Source of the DNA: an uncultured delta proteobacterium
GTDB lineage: Bacteria > Myxococcota_A > UBA9160 > SZUA-336
DNA: 64,000 bases
NCBI GenBank assembly: GCA_963704165.1
Contig: CAVPHD010000007.1
Span: forward strand, 151,150-215,149
Direction of reading: 5' to 3'
A program made the translations under genes and the position numbers. Positions 48,149 through 59,426 of the stretch are shown piece by piece. Below the pieces are notes generated by a model. The model saw only the letters and a program-made list of their open reading frames with translations, was not told the DNA's origin and ran no database searches. Positions within the stretch are counted from its first letter, which is position 1. Every line of letters begins with the position of its first letter.

Positions 48149-49706
48149 TCAGGCGCGCTTGCGCCACCAAGCGTAGATCCCGATCAGAAGCAGCGCTTCG
48201 GGCAGCGCGAACGCCAGGAAGTAGAAGTACGCCACCGTCTGCTGCAGCGTCAGCGGATCCTGGTTCGGCGTCCACGCCTTGTCGGTGAGGGCGATGTGCG
48301 CCTCGTCGGCGGCGAGCCAGCGCACGGAGTTCAGCAACAGGTCGCGGTTGTACAGGGCGTCGAGCAGCCGATTCGAGGCGAAATCCCGATCGCCGATCAC
48401 GACGATTCGCGCCTCGACCTCACCCGCGGCATCCGGGCGGCTGCGCGGGTAGCTGCCCGTCGCCGCGACCGGTGGCTCGCCCATCGACGTGTCCCCGTCG
48501 GTCTCGACGCCGTGGCCGGCGAAGGCGCGGGTGAGATCTCGATCGACGAAGGCGCGTCCGGTCGCGAACGCGACGCGCTCGAGCCGGTCGTCGGGCTGTG
48601 GCTTCCGGGAGAGCTCGACCGGGCGGGTGGTCGGCATCAGCACCATCGTTCGCCGTGAAAGCGTGCGCGTGACCGGATTGTACGGTGCGAACAGGTGCAC
48701 GAGCAGGTTCAGGGGCGACGGATCCTCGAGCAGCGGGCTCGACGCCGCGTCGAGGATCACACCGTCCTCGAGGTCGAAGCCCCAGCGGCGCAGCAGATCG
48801 GAATAGAGGTTCGAACGAAGACCGGGCTCGCCGAGCGCGAGCAGCCTTCCCCCGCCCTCGAGGTATTCGTCGAGCAGCGCGATCTCCCGGGGCAGGAGGT
48901 CGCGCTCGGGCGCAGCGGCGATCAGGACGTCCGCCTCCCCGGGAAGCTCGGCCATGGCCGGTCCGACGAGCGCGCGAACGTCGAAACCCTGGTCTCGCAG
49001 CAGCGCCGCGAGGCCCGCGTAGCCGCCGTCGCTCTGACTCGCCAGATCGACCTCGCCGTGCCCGACCAGGAAGAACACGCGAGGCGCGCGCTCACTCGAG
49101 AGACGCAGCAGCGCTCCGGTGATGTTCCGCTCCGACGGGTAGCCGACCGGATCGCAGACCTCGCCACGGCAGGCGATCACCGTGGTCGCGGTGGTCATGT
49201 ACAGCTCGCGTGCGCCCGCCGGTGGCTCTTTGCGACTGGCATCGCGCACGGTGACGAGCGGACACGACGCCGCATAGGCGGCGATCAGCAGGCGTACGTC
49301 CTTGGCGAGAAGCGAATCCTCGAAGAACACGAGCTCGATCGGCGAGTCGGCGCGGCTGTCGAGCTCCAGGCAGAGCTCGCGCGTCTGGTCCGAAAGCGTG
49401 TAGAGCCGATCGACGGTCAGATCGATTCGCGCGGTCCAGCTCCGGGCGGCGATGCCGAGTCCGACGACGGCGAGACTTCCTGCGGCAAAGATCGAGAGCG
49501 CCCGCAAAGCGACCCTCCGCGATGCCGCGCCGGAGAAGCCGCGGAGGGACCGCAGCTGCGCGGCCGCACCGACGAGGATGAGCAGTACCCCGAATCCCGA
49601 GATTCACGAGCGAGAAGACGGAGAATCCGTGCAATGAGCGCGTCGCGTAGTACGACCCGACACCGACGAGGATCATCACCAACCCGGCCGCGGGCAGGAA
49701 CGCCAT
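48149..49706 (-). CDS. GldG-like ABC auxiliary protein (frameshift near 49590)
   Basis: DLT....YTLSDQT, GHGE, GDRDF, NRDLLLNSVRWL, C-terminal TM with WWRKR. Confidence 0.85.
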
Positions 49707-50504
49707 CTAGCGCGCCCTTCCGAGTTCGAGCGACGTCAGCGATGCGAGCCAGCCCAGGAATGCGATCGAGGCGAAGTACAGCACTTCGCGCAGCTCGATC
49801 ACGCCGCGCGGGAACGAGCCGTAGTGATCGAGCAGCGAGATCGCGCGAAGCCAGCCCGCGACCTGTTCCGAAACCGTGTTCGTGAGCCAGGCGAAGTCGA
49901 GCAGGATGAACGGGATCGAGTAGCCGAGTACCGCGGCGACGATCTGGCTCGAGGTGAACGACGAGCACGCGAGTCCGATCGATGCGATCGCACAGCCGTA
50001 GCAGAGCTGACCGATGTAGAGCGCGAAGAGATGCTCGAAGCCCAGCCCGGCGCGCGAGACGACCACCGCCGGATAGATTGCGCTCGAGGCGAGCAGCAGC
50101 AGCACGAAGAGATAGGTGACCCCGTGCTTGGCGAGCGCGATCTCCCACGGGCGCAGGCCGCTGGTCAGAAGCAGCTCGTCGGTCCCGTTCGCTCGCTCCT
50201 CGGCGAAGACGCGCATCGTCACCAGTGGAAGCACGACGAGCAGGAAGAGCCCGAAGTCGTCCGCTGCCGGGACGAAGACCTCGTTGAGCACGTTGATGTG
50301 GCTCGGCACCGTACCCTGGTCGAAGCCGCCGCCGGTCAGGCCTTCCGACTGGTACACGAAGAGCAATTGGTTGTAGCTGACCAGATGCTGGAAGAAGTAG
50401 ATCCCGGTGAGCGCGACGTAGGCCGTCCCGACGACGTAGGCGATCGGTGAAGCGAAGAGCTGCCGCACTTCCTTGCGCGCGAGCGCGAGCACGCGTCCGA
50501 TCAC
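49707..50504 (-). CDS. GldF-like ABC-2 permease
   Basis: KE...F.SPIAY; TMRVFAEERANGTDELLLT. Confidence 0.88.
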   Translation of the reverse strand: MIGRVLALARKEVRQLFASPIAYVVGTAYVALTGIYFFQHLVSYNQLLFVYQSEGLTGGGFDQGTVPSHINVLNEVFVPAADDFGLFLLVVLPLVTMRVFAEERANGTDELLLTSGLRPWEIALAKHGVTYLFVLLLLASSAIYPAVVVSRAGLGFEHLFALYIGQLCYGCAIASIGLACSSFTSSQIVAAVLGYSIPFILLDFAWLTNTVSEQVAGWLRAISLLDHYGSFPRGVIELREVLYFASIAFLGWLASLTSLELGRAR

Positions 50505-51238
50505 GTCGTGTTCCCGGCTCGCGGCGCATGGCCGACACGCGCGAGAAAGAGCGCCTCGAGGCTGCCACCGGCGCGGATCTCCTCGGCCGTCGCGAGGGCC
50601 GCGAGTCGGCCGCGATCGAGCAACGCCACGCGGTCGCAGATCGCCTCGGCTTCGTGCAGCTGGTGCGTGCAGAGAATCACGGTGTGCGTGCCCCGGAAGC
50701 CCGCGATGATGTTCCGGAGCTCGATCTGTTGCGCGGGGTCGAGCCCGACCGTGGGCTCGTCGACGACGAGGAGCGGCGGGTCGTGCAGAAGCGCCTGCGC
50801 GAGCGCGACTCGCTGACGAAAGCCCTTCGAGAGCACTCCGATGCGCCGCTTTCGAACCGCTTCGAGACCCATGCGCTCGACCGAAAGACCGACCGCCTCG
50901 CGCAGCCGCGCGCCCGTGAGTCCGCGAACCTCGCCCATGAAGCGCAGGAACGCATCGACGCCGTGGTCGGCGTAGAGCTTCGGCTGTTCGCACGCGTAGC
51001 CGAGTCGGGATTGAACGCGGAAGCGATCGCGCGTCACCGACACGCCATCGACGCGCACGTCCCCCTCGGACGCGAGCCAGAAGCCGGTCAGGATGCGGAT
51101 GAAGGTGGTCTTGCCGGCGCCGTTCGGCCCGATCAAACCGAAGATCTCGCCGGGCGCGACCTCGAGGGAGAAATCGTCGAGAGCGACGACTGGTCCGAAC
51201 CGCTTCGACACGTGCTGCGCCTCGATCCGCGCGCTCAT
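50501..51238 (-). CDS. GldA-like ABC ATP-binding protein
   Basis: GPNGAGKT, LSKGFRQR, DEPTVGLDP. Confidence 0.93.
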   Translation of the reverse strand: MSARIEAQHVSKRFGPVVALDDFSLEVAPGEIFGLIGPNGAGKTTFIRILTGFWLASEGDVRVDGVSVTRDRFRVQSRLGYACEQPKLYADHGVDAFLRFMGEVRGLTGARLREAVGLSVERMGLEAVRKRRIGVLSKGFRQRVALAQALLHDPPLLVVDEPTVGLDPAQQIELRNIIAGFRGTHTVILCTHQLHEAEAICDRVALLDRGRLAALATAEEIRAGGSLEALFLARVGHAPRAGNTT

Positions 51239-51341
51239 CTGCCAAGTCCCGTCATCAGCGGCGCAACCCTACGTCACGAGCCCGCGGCGCCGCAAACCCC
51301 CCGGTTTGACCGGGGAAAAAGCCGGGAGATAGACTGCCGCC

Positions 51342-52463
51342 ATGAATTTCGGTTTCTCGGAAGAGCAGGAGTTTCTGCGCACGACGGCCCGCGAGTTCCT
51401 GGCCAAGGAATGCCCGATGACCGCGGTTCGCGGGTGGATGGATGACGCACGCGGCTACGCGCCCGAGATCTGGGAGAAGATGGCGGAGCTCGGCTGGCTG
51501 GGTCTGCTCCTGCCCGAGGAACACGGTGGCGCGGACCTCTCCGTCGTCGATCTGATCGTGGTCGCCGAGGAGCTCGGCCGCGCGCTCACGCCTTCTCCGT
51601 TCTTCGCCAATCTGCAGGGCTCCCTCGCGGTGCTGCACGGTGGTACGGAGACGCAGCGAAAGGAGATCCTTCCCGAGGTCGCGTCCGGCCGACGCGTGCT
51701 CTCGTTCGCGATCACCGAGGAGTCCGGGGCCGAGAACGCCGACGACATCGCGACGCGTGCCTCGAAGTCCGGCTCGAGCTGGACGCTCTCGGGGACGAAG
51801 CTCTTCGTCCCCGACGCGCAGAACGCCGACGCGATCGTGGTCGCGGCGCGGAGCGGCGGGGCGGGCGAGGGCGGGATCTCGCTCTTCGTGGTCGAGCGCG
51901 GCGCGCCGGGGCTCTCGATCACGCCGCTTCGCTCGATGGACCAGACGCGGCGCATCGCCGAGGTTCGCTTCGACGGTACGCCTGCGCAGTTGCTCGGGAG
52001 CGAAGACGGCGGCTGGGACACCTGGCGCACGGTGCGCACGCACGCGCTGGTCTATCTCTCCGCCGAGGCGCTCGGCGGCGCCCAGAAGGTGCTCGAGGAC
52101 TCCGTGAAGTACGCGAAGGAGCGCATCCAGTTCGGCAAGCCGATCGGGGTGAACCAGGCCATCAAGCACAAGTGCGCGGACATGTTGATCGAGGTCGAGT
52201 CCTCGAAGTCGATCACGTACTACGCGGCTTGGGCCGTGGCCGAGAAGACCGACGAGGCCGAGCTCGCCGCGAGCATGGCGAAGGCCTATACGAGCGACGC
52301 CTATCGACACGCGAGCGCCGAGAACATCCAGATCCACGGAGGGGTCGGCTTCACCTGGGAGTACGACTGCCACCTGTACTTCAAGCGCGCGAAGGCGATC
52401 GAGGTCACCTACGGCGATCCGACCGAGCACCGCGAGCGCGTCGCGCAGCTCCTGAACCTCTGA
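51342..52463 (+). CDS. Acyl-CoA dehydrogenase
   Basis: RIQFGKPIG.NQAIKH, QIHGGVGFTWE. Confidence 0.93.
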   Translation: MNFGFSEEQEFLRTTAREFLAKECPMTAVRGWMDDARGYAPEIWEKMAELGWLGLLLPEEHGGADLSVVDLIVVAEELGRALTPSPFFANLQGSLAVLHGGTETQRKEILPEVASGRRVLSFAITEESGAENADDIATRASKSGSSWTLSGTKLFVPDAQNADAIVVAARSGGAGEGGISLFVVERGAPGLSITPLRSMDQTRRIAEVRFDGTPAQLLGSEDGGWDTWRTVRTHALVYLSAEALGGAQKVLEDSVKYAKERIQFGKPIGVNQAIKHKCADMLIEVESSKSITYYAAWAVAEKTDEAELAASMAKAYTSDAYRHASAENIQIHGGVGFTWEYDCHLYFKRAKAIEVTYGDPTEHRERVAQLLNL

Positions 52464-52475
52464 GCGCGCCGAACG

Positions 52476-53745
52476 CTACGGGAACACGCCGCGGACGCGC
52501 TTCGCCGCGGTGATGCGCGAGATGCCGCGGATCAGCGAGGCGGTACGCAGGTCGGTGTTCTTCTCGCGTGCCACGCCGAGCACGTCCTTGAACGCCCGAG
52601 ACATGATCGTGATCAGCTTCTGATTGACCTCGTCCTCGGTCCAGAAGAACTGCTGAGCGTCCTGCACCCACTCGAAGTACGAGACCGTGACGCCGCCGGC
52701 GTTGGCCAGAACGTCGGGCACGACGAACACGCCCCGCTCGCGCAAGATCGCGTCGGCCTCGAGCGAGGTCGGGCCGTTCGCTCCCTCGACGATGATCTTC
52801 GCGCGGATCCGGTCCGCGTTCGCCTCTCCGATCTGGTTCTGCATCGCGGCGGGGATCAGCACGTCGCAGTCGATCTCCAGCAGCTGCGCGTTCGTGATCG
52901 CATCGGCACCGGGGAAGCCCTCGAGAAAGCGGTGCTCCTTCACCCAGGCGTCGACCGCGGCGATGTCCAACCCGTGCGCGTCGTAGATGCCGCCCTTCAC
53001 GTCCGACACCGCGACCACGCGTGCGCCCAACGCGGCCGCGATCCGGGCCGCGTTCGAACCGACATTCCCGTAGCCCTGAATCGCGAAGCGTGCGCCGGCC
53101 AGGTCGATCCCGAGGTGACGGCAGGCCTCGCTCGCGCACGTCATCACCCCTCGACCGGTCGCCTCGCGACGGCCCAGGGAGCCGCCGATCTCGATCGGCT
53201 TTCCCGTGACGACGCCGGGAACCGCGTAGCCCTTCTGGGCCGAATACGTGTCCATCATCCACGCCATCACCAGCTCGTCGGTGCCGAGATCGGGTGCGGG
53301 GATGTCCCGATCCGGCCCGATCATCTCGATGATCTCGAGCGTGTAGCGACGCGTGATGCGCTGCAGCTCGGTGCGCGAGAGCGAGCCCGGGTCGATGCGC
53401 ACGCCGCCCTTCGCGCCGCCGAAGGGCAAACCGATCAGCGCGCACTTCCAGGACATCCACATCGCGAGCGCGGTCACTTCGCCGAGGTGCACGTCGTCGT
53501 CGTAGCGCACGCCTCCCTTCGTCGGCCCCATCGTCAGCAGGTGCTGCACGCGGTAGCCGTGGACGGTCTCGACGGTCGAGTAGTCGTCGCGCCGGAACGG
53601 GAACGACACGATCAGCGAGCGTTGAGGCGTGCGCAGCCGCTCCCAGATGTTCGTCGTCGAGCTCCATCAGCTTCGCGGTCTGGTCGAGCTGCGCGACCGC
53701 GAGCCGGTACATCGGTGTGTCCCATTCGAGTGCGGGTTCGGTCAT
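52476..53745 (-). CDS. gdhA: Glu/Leu/Phe/Val dehydrogenase (frameshift near 53655)
   Basis: GPTKGGVRY, GGAKGG, PAPD, TGKP...GGS.GR.EATG, EGANGP, NAGGVTVSYFEW. Confidence 0.88.
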
Positions 53746-54545
53746 CGTCTCGCGAGCTCCTCTACTGCTTTGCGGCGGAGCAGCGCGGGATCGGCGGACT
53801 TGCCGCTCCAGATCCGGATCTGCTCGACCGCCTGGTGTACCAGCATGTCGAGTCCGTCCTGAACCCGGCAGCCTCGAGCGCGCGCCTCGCGCAGAAGTCG
53901 TGTCTCGAGCGGGCGATACACGGTGTCGAAGACGGTCGCTCCCGCGATGAGCGCGGACGAGGCTGCCGGCGTGGCTTCGATCTCGGGTGACATTCCCAGC
54001 GAGGTCGCATTGACGAGCAGATCGTAGGGCTCGTCGAGCGTGCCGACGCGCCCACCGAGCTCGGCGACGAGCTTCTCGGCGCGCGCGCGGGTCCGGTTCA
54101 CGACCGTGATCTCGAGCCCCATCCGGGCGAGCGCGTGGACGACCGCGCGCGCTGCGCCACCGGCCCCGAGCACGGTCGCGCGCCTTCCACTCCACGGCCC
54201 GAGCCGCGAGAGCGTCCGCGTGACGCCGATCCAGTCGGTATTGTCCGCGACGAGCTCCCCGTCGAGACGCGTCAGCGTATTGGCTGCTCCGATCACACGG
54301 GCGTCGTCCGAGACGCGATCGGCCAGCGCGAGCACGGCCTCCTTGTGCGGCAGGGAGACGCAGAGCTGTGTCAGACCGGAGGTTCCAAGCTCCCGAATCG
54401 TGTCGGCGAGCCGAACGGCGGGTACGTCGAAGACGCTGAACGAGGCGTCGAGCTCGAGTGCCTCGTACGCTTTTCGGTGAATCACCGGCGAGAGGGTGTG
54501 ACCGGCCGGGTGCAGCACGATCCCGCAGACGGCGCGCGGGCTCAT
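53742..54545 (-). CDS. aroE: Shikimate dehydrogenase
   Basis: HTLSP, PHK, GAANT, NTD, GAGGAARA, NATSLG. Confidence 0.92.
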   Translation of the reverse strand: MSPRAVCGIVLHPAGHTLSPVIHRKAYEALELDASFSVFDVPAVRLADTIRELGTSGLTQLCVSLPHKEAVLALADRVSDDARVIGAANTLTRLDGELVADNTDWIGVTRTLSRLGPWSGRRATVLGAGGAARAVVHALARMGLEITVVNRTRARAEKLVAELGGRVGTLDEPYDLLVNATSLGMSPEIEATPAASSALIAGATVFDTVYRPLETRLLREARARGCRVQDGLDMLVHQAVEQIRIWSGKSADPALLRRKAVEELARR

Positions 54546-55828
54546 CGACTGTCCGCGGGTAGGACGGATCGCGCGTCGAGCAGGCGAAGCGTCTCGCTCG
54601 ACTGCGTGGTCAACCACTCCGACATCCCGCGGCCGAAGAACGAGAAGCACGCCTCGTAGCCGCCACGGTCGAAGCCCTGAGGATCGACGACGTAGCCGAT
54701 CCAGTCGTTGGCGTGATCGATGACGAATCGGGTCCGGTCCGCGGGGCGGTCGGCGCGCAGCCCGGCTCCGGTGCTCGCGCCCGGCTCGGCGGGCAGGAAG
54801 AGCAACTCCGTGTCGCCGACGCGCACGACCTGCAGGGGGACGCGTTTCGAAACGAATGCATCGACCGTTCCGCGGACGAGCGGCAAGGTCCACCAGAGCG
54901 CGCAGAAACGTCGGAGCTGGATCTCCGGTGGCTCGATCCAGCGCTCGAGTGCGGAGAGTTCGACCTCGGCGAGCGGGGTGAGCGACTCGGCTTCGCTCGA
55001 GACCGCGTCCGCGATCGCAGCTCCGTACTCGGCGCTCTTCTGCCGCTCGGTCTCGATGCTCGGCCAGAAGCCGAGATCGATCCTCGGCTCCTGATCGCCG
55101 AGCGGACCCGGTACGAAGATGGCTCGCACGCCCTTCGCGGCGAGCGCGTCGCGCGCGGCTCCCGGCCAATCGGCCGAGTACAGGTCGCTTCGCGCCGAGA
55201 GCAGGCTCGCGTGAGCGCCGAAGGCGAAGAGCACGATCGTCGGGCGATCCTCTTCGAAGTCGATGCGCAGTACGGGAATCTCGTCGTCGGTGGCACCGTC
55301 CGAGAAGCGCCGATTGCGCGCGAGCGCGACCTGCGCATGTCCGCTCGCGAGCTTCGCCGGGGCGAGATCGGCCACGGCGAGTTCGAGCGCGCGCGCGGCC
55401 GAGCGCACGATTCGCATCGGCTGCTCGGGATCGTAGGCGCCACCGGTCACCCGTTCCGCGAGGAAGCCCGGCAGATACCCCCCGGGACCGGAATGCGTGT
55501 GAGTCGCGACGAGCGCGAGCAGGTCGAACTGGTGATGGGCGACCTCCTCGAGCAATGGGTCTCGAAGGCTCGGGCGGGGAATCACGATGTCGACCGCGAC
55601 GACCGCGACGCGCAGGTCGCCCTGCTCGAGGACGAGCGCGCGGGCCTCCGGTGGATCGAGCGTGCCCTCCGCTCGTCGCGTCATCAATCCACCAAAACCG
55701 CCGATCGCCCCACCGACGTGCGCGGGCAGCGGGGCCGAGCCGAAGCCGGCGCGCAGCTCTTCCGAGTGTGCGCCCGTCGCGGTGAATACGAACGCCGCAG
55801 CGAGAATGCCAAACGCCTTACGTTTCAC
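54542..55828 (-). CDS. Exported neutral/alkaline ceramidase-like protein
   Basis: Signal peptide; ARALVL, ATHTHSGPG, SADWPG, YEA. Confidence 0.78.
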   Translation of the reverse strand: MKRKAFGILAAAFVFTATGAHSEELRAGFGSAPLPAHVGGAIGGFGGLMTRRAEGTLDPPEARALVLEQGDLRVAVVAVDIVIPRPSLRDPLLEEVAHHQFDLLALVATHTHSGPGGYLPGFLAERVTGGAYDPEQPMRIVRSAARALELAVADLAPAKLASGHAQVALARNRRFSDGATDDEIPVLRIDFEEDRPTIVLFAFGAHASLLSARSDLYSADWPGAARDALAAKGVRAIFVPGPLGDQEPRIDLGFWPSIETERQKSAEYGAAIADAVSSEAESLTPLAEVELSALERWIEPPEIQLRRFCALWWTLPLVRGTVDAFVSKRVPLQVVRVGDTELLFLPAEPGASTGAGLRADRPADRTRFVIDHANDWIGYVVDPQGFDRGGYEACFSFFGRGMSEWLTTQSSETLRLLDARSVLPADSR

Positions 55829-56576
55829 CGCTTCCTTCGACGCGCTCTTTGGCGGCGCGCAGATCGTCCCAGACCGCCTGTCGCGTCTCGCGTGTGTAGT
55901 TCCGCAGCACATAGGCGGGATGGTAGGTGGGCATCACGGGCGTTCCCTGCCACTCCTGCCACTGCCCGCGAAGTTTCGTGATCGCCACGCTGCGTCCGAG
56001 CAGCGCGGAGATCGCGGGCCTCCCGAGCGTCACGATCACGCTCGGGGCGATCGCGGCAATCTGTTGCTCGAGAAACGGTCGACAGGTCGATACCTCCTCG
56101 GGGCGAGGGTCTCGATTCCCGGGTGGCCGACACTTCACGATGTTGCAGATGTACACGTCTTCCCGTCGCCAACCCACCGCCTCGATCATCTTCGTGAGCA
56201 GCTCGCCCGCTCGTCCGACGAAGGGCCGGCCGCTCCTGTCCTCTTCCTCGCCCGGGCCCTCGCCGATGAAGACGAGGCGCGCGTCGGCCGCACCCTCGCC
56301 GAAGACGAGCTGGCTTCGCTTCTCGCAAAGCCCACAGCGACGGCAATCGCCGAGATCCGCACGGACGGCGTCGAGCCGCGACGCGTGCGCGTTCGCCGCT
56401 TCGTCGATCCGTAGCGGCGGGCGGAGCGGAGCGACCCGTGGCGTGAACGGCTTCTCGGCGCGCGCGGGCGCGGCTCTCGGCGGACGAGGGATGTGCTCGA
56501 CCCCTTCGGCGACGAGCTCTTCGAGCGAATCGCGGATCCGTCGAAGCGTCTTCGCTCGCTCGTTCGCGATGGTCAC
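55818..56576 (-). CDS. Uracil-DNA glycosylase family 4
   Basis: CRRC.LC, GEGPG.EED..GRPFVG, KCRPP.NR, YHP. Confidence 0.93.
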   Translation of the reverse strand: MTIANERAKTLRRIRDSLEELVAEGVEHIPRPPRAAPARAEKPFTPRVAPLRPPLRIDEAANAHASRLDAVRADLGDCRRCGLCEKRSQLVFGEGAADARLVFIGEGPGEEEDRSGRPFVGRAGELLTKMIEAVGWRREDVYICNIVKCRPPGNRDPRPEEVSTCRPFLEQQIAAIAPSVIVTLGRPAISALLGRSVAITKLRGQWQEWQGTPVMPTYHPAYVLRNYTRETRQAVWDDLRAAKERVEGSGET

Positions 56577-58477
56577 TTGGCGGCGGCCTTCTCGTCGCGG
56601 AATCCGTGTCGGATCCGATCGAGCTTGTCCTGGAGCTCGAACTCGAAGCCCGGATCATTGGCGTCGTCGTGGCACGATCCGCAGATCTGCATGATCACGC
56701 AGCTGTCGCATTTCTCGGTCAGACGGAGGATCGTGCCTTGGGACTTACCCGCGTCATCGACGTGGCGCTTGCCGGGGCCGTGGCAGCTCTCGCAGCCGAC
56801 GTTCTCGAACGTCCTTCCGCCGGCCGGAAAGCCGGTGGCCTCGCCGAATCCCGTCGTGTGACAGCGCTGGCAGTCCGCCTTCTTCTGGTCGCCCGCCTTC
56901 ACCAGTGTCTCGAATGCCCGTGCATGCGCGGACGATGCCCAGCGCTCGTGCTCTTTCGGGTGACAGCCGAGGCAGGAATTGGAGCCGACGTAGTCGCCCT
57001 TCTCGAAGAGCTGTCGCTCGCGCTTGTCGCGCTTGGCGAGAAGCTCCTGACGTTCCTCGAGCGAGAGGCTCTCGAACTGCGCGCTCGCGGCGTGCGAGAT
57101 CATCGGCAGACGATCCGCGAAGACGAAGTGAAGCGAGTGCTCCTGCGTGTGGCACTCGAGGCAGACGGCCTCGAAGCCCGCCTTCGCGAATTCGGGAGAC
57201 TGATGCGGCCCGCCTCGGCCGTGACAGCTCTCGCACTGCACGCCGCGCAGGTGATCCTGGCGCAGCTTCGGATCGAAGCCCCCGGGCTTGCCCCAGCCGA
57301 CGGTGTGACACGGCAGGCATTCCGGATCGCGGTCGGCCCCGTGCTCGACCAGCGTCTCGAAGGCATAGGCGTGGTTGGTGAGCGACCAGGTCGCGTGGGG
57401 CTTCTCGTGGCAGACGGAGCACAGCTCCTCGCCGCTGTACGCGGCCTTCTCGAGCAGGATCGGATTCGTGACCCCGAGCGCATGTCGGATCGCGAGCGTG
57501 AGCCGGACGTGGATGCGCGGAGACGAGCCGTCGGTGCGCGAAACCACGCGCCGATTCCGGTCGATCACGAAGATCTCGGGGACGCCCTGCTTGAATCCGT
57601 AGGCCTTCTGCGCGCGGCGGTTGAGATCGAGGTACGGAACGAGCGAGATGCCGAGATCATCGACCATCTCCTCGACCACGTACTTCTTCTCCGACACGCT
57701 CACCGACACGATCGCGAGGTCCGGGTTCGCGAGCTGCTTCTGCAATCCGTCGAGATACTTCAGCGCGTCGTGGCAGTGCGGGCAGGTCGGCAGGAAGAAG
57801 ACGAGCACGACGACCTTGCCCGCGAGCTGGTCGAGGGTGACGTGCGCTTTTCCTTCGAGATCCACGACGTCGAAGTCCGGCGCTTCGGGGCGGATTCCGA
57901 GCTGCGGTGTCGCCACGACGTCCTTCGGTCCGAGGTGGAGGAATCGCCGCAGCTCTCCCGCGAGCGCGGCGTCCTGTTCCTTGGGCTGCTCGGCGAGGCG
58001 AGAGATGCCGCCGGTCACGTAGCCTTCGGAGTCGACGATGAGGAGCGCGGAACTCGCGGGTCCGATTCGGAGCTTTCGTGAGATCTGGCCGTCGCGGTCG
58101 GAGATCACAGGAAACGCGAAGCCCCGACTCTCCATGAACGAGCGGGCGAGCGCGGGATTCAGATCGCGATTCACGCCGAGGATCACGACGTTCGCCGCCG
58201 CGGCTTCGGCGCGTATGCCGTCGAGAAGCGCCGCGACGCGCACCGCATCGGGATCGGTGGAGGCGAAGACGAAGACGAGACCCCGGCGTTTCCGGAACAG
58301 GTCGGTGCTGGCGCGGCCGCCATCGAGCGTCGCTCCCTCGAAACGGGGCAGCGCCAGCTCCCGGCGGGGCTCCTCCGCGAAGCTCTGTGGAGCGCCGAGG
58401 CCCACGAGGAAGAGCAGCGCGAGGGCGCGCGCGAGGAACGGAGAGCGCGCGTCGGTCCGGGTCCGGGAAGTCGGCAT
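56573..58477 (-). CDS. Exported fusion of two redoxin domains and an eight-heme c554-like cytochrome
   Basis: Signal peptide; redoxin folds (second has CPHC); CSVCH, CLPCH, CESCH, CLECH, CLGCH, CQRCH, CESCH, CGSCH. Confidence 0.85.
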   Translation of the reverse strand: MPTSRTRTDARSPFLARALALLFLVGLGAPQSFAEEPRRELALPRFEGATLDGGRASTDLFRKRRGLVFVFASTDPDAVRVAALLDGIRAEAAAANVVILGVNRDLNPALARSFMESRGFAFPVISDRDGQISRKLRIGPASSALLIVDSEGYVTGGISRLAEQPKEQDAALAGELRRFLHLGPKDVVATPQLGIRPEAPDFDVVDLEGKAHVTLDQLAGKVVVLVFFLPTCPHCHDALKYLDGLQKQLANPDLAIVSVSVSEKKYVVEEMVDDLGISLVPYLDLNRRAQKAYGFKQGVPEIFVIDRNRRVVSRTDGSSPRIHVRLTLAIRHALGVTNPILLEKAAYSGEELCSVCHEKPHATWSLTNHAYAFETLVEHGADRDPECLPCHTVGWGKPGGFDPKLRQDHLRGVQCESCHGRGGPHQSPEFAKAGFEAVCLECHTQEHSLHFVFADRLPMISHAASAQFESLSLEERQELLAKRDKRERQLFEKGDYVGSNSCLGCHPKEHERWASSAHARAFETLVKAGDQKKADCQRCHTTGFGEATGFPAGGRTFENVGCESCHGPGKRHVDDAGKSQGTILRLTEKCDSCVIMQICGSCHDDANDPGFEFELQDKLDRIRHGFRDEKAAAK

Positions 58478-58553
58478 GAAACCTCGGGTTCTTGAAGTCG
58501 GGCGATGGTAGGAAGGGCTGCGCGGGGGTGTCAATCGACGTAGACTGCGGGCG

Positions 58554-59426
58554 ATGGGTGCGGCCAGCGCGAGCGAGTTCGTCCGGATCCTCGATGCCCG
58601 CCTGCGCGCCGGCGAGCAGGTCGTGGTGGCCACGGTCGTGCGCATCGAGGGTAGCGCGTCCGCGAAGCCCGGTGCGAAGGCGATCCTCGACGTAGCCGGG
58701 AACCTGATCTGGGGCTGGGTCGGTGGCGGCTGCGTCGATTCCGCCGTGCGGGACGTCTCGCGCGACGTGCTCGGAGATCGCCGTCCGAAGCTGATCCGTC
58801 TCGATCTCGACGACGAAGTGCTCGGCGTCGGCATGCCCTGCGGCGGCTACATGGAGATCTACGTGGAAGCCATGGCTCACGACCCGAAGCTCCTCGTGCT
58901 CGGCCACGGACGGATCGCGGAGACGATGTGCACGCTCGGCGCAGCGCTCGGCTTCCACGTGACGGTCAACGACGCGCGAGCGACGCGCGAAGCCTATCCC
59001 GCGGCGAGCGCACTCGTCACCGACGACGTCGAGTACGCGAAGGTCGAATGCGGTGCGGATACCTACGTCGTGATCGCGACTCAGCACAAGAGCGACTACG
59101 AGGCGCTGCAGCAGGTCCTGCTCCAGCGTCCCGCCTATGTGGGACTGGTCGCCAGTCGCAAGCGCAGCGCGCTCGTTCTCGAGCGCATGCACGAGGACGG
59201 GGTGCCGCTCGAGCTCCTGCGCCGCGTGTCGGCGCCGGCCGGACTCGACCTCGGCGCCGAGACCCCCCAAGAGATCGCGCTCTCGATCTCGGCCGAGATC
59301 GTGCAGCTCTGGCGCGGCGGTGCGACCAGCGGCGGACGCCTCTCGAGCATTCGGGGCGTGCGAATCACCGACGCGGGTATCGAGATCCCGGACGGCTCGC
59401 TCGAGTCGGCGAAGTGTCCGACCTGA
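58554..59426 (+). CDS. XdhC/CoxI-family molybdoenzyme maturation factor
   Basis: GSAS.KPGAK, GGGC, CGG, YVGLVAS, PAGLDLGAETPQEIALSI.AE. Confidence 0.9.
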   Translation: MGAASASEFVRILDARLRAGEQVVVATVVRIEGSASAKPGAKAILDVAGNLIWGWVGGGCVDSAVRDVSRDVLGDRRPKLIRLDLDDEVLGVGMPCGGYMEIYVEAMAHDPKLLVLGHGRIAETMCTLGAALGFHVTVNDARATREAYPAASALVTDDVEYAKVECGADTYVVIATQHKSDYEALQQVLLQRPAYVGLVASRKRSALVLERMHEDGVPLELLRRVSAPAGLDLGAETPQEIALSISAEIVQLWRGGATSGGRLSSIRGVRITDAGIEIPDGSLESAKCPT

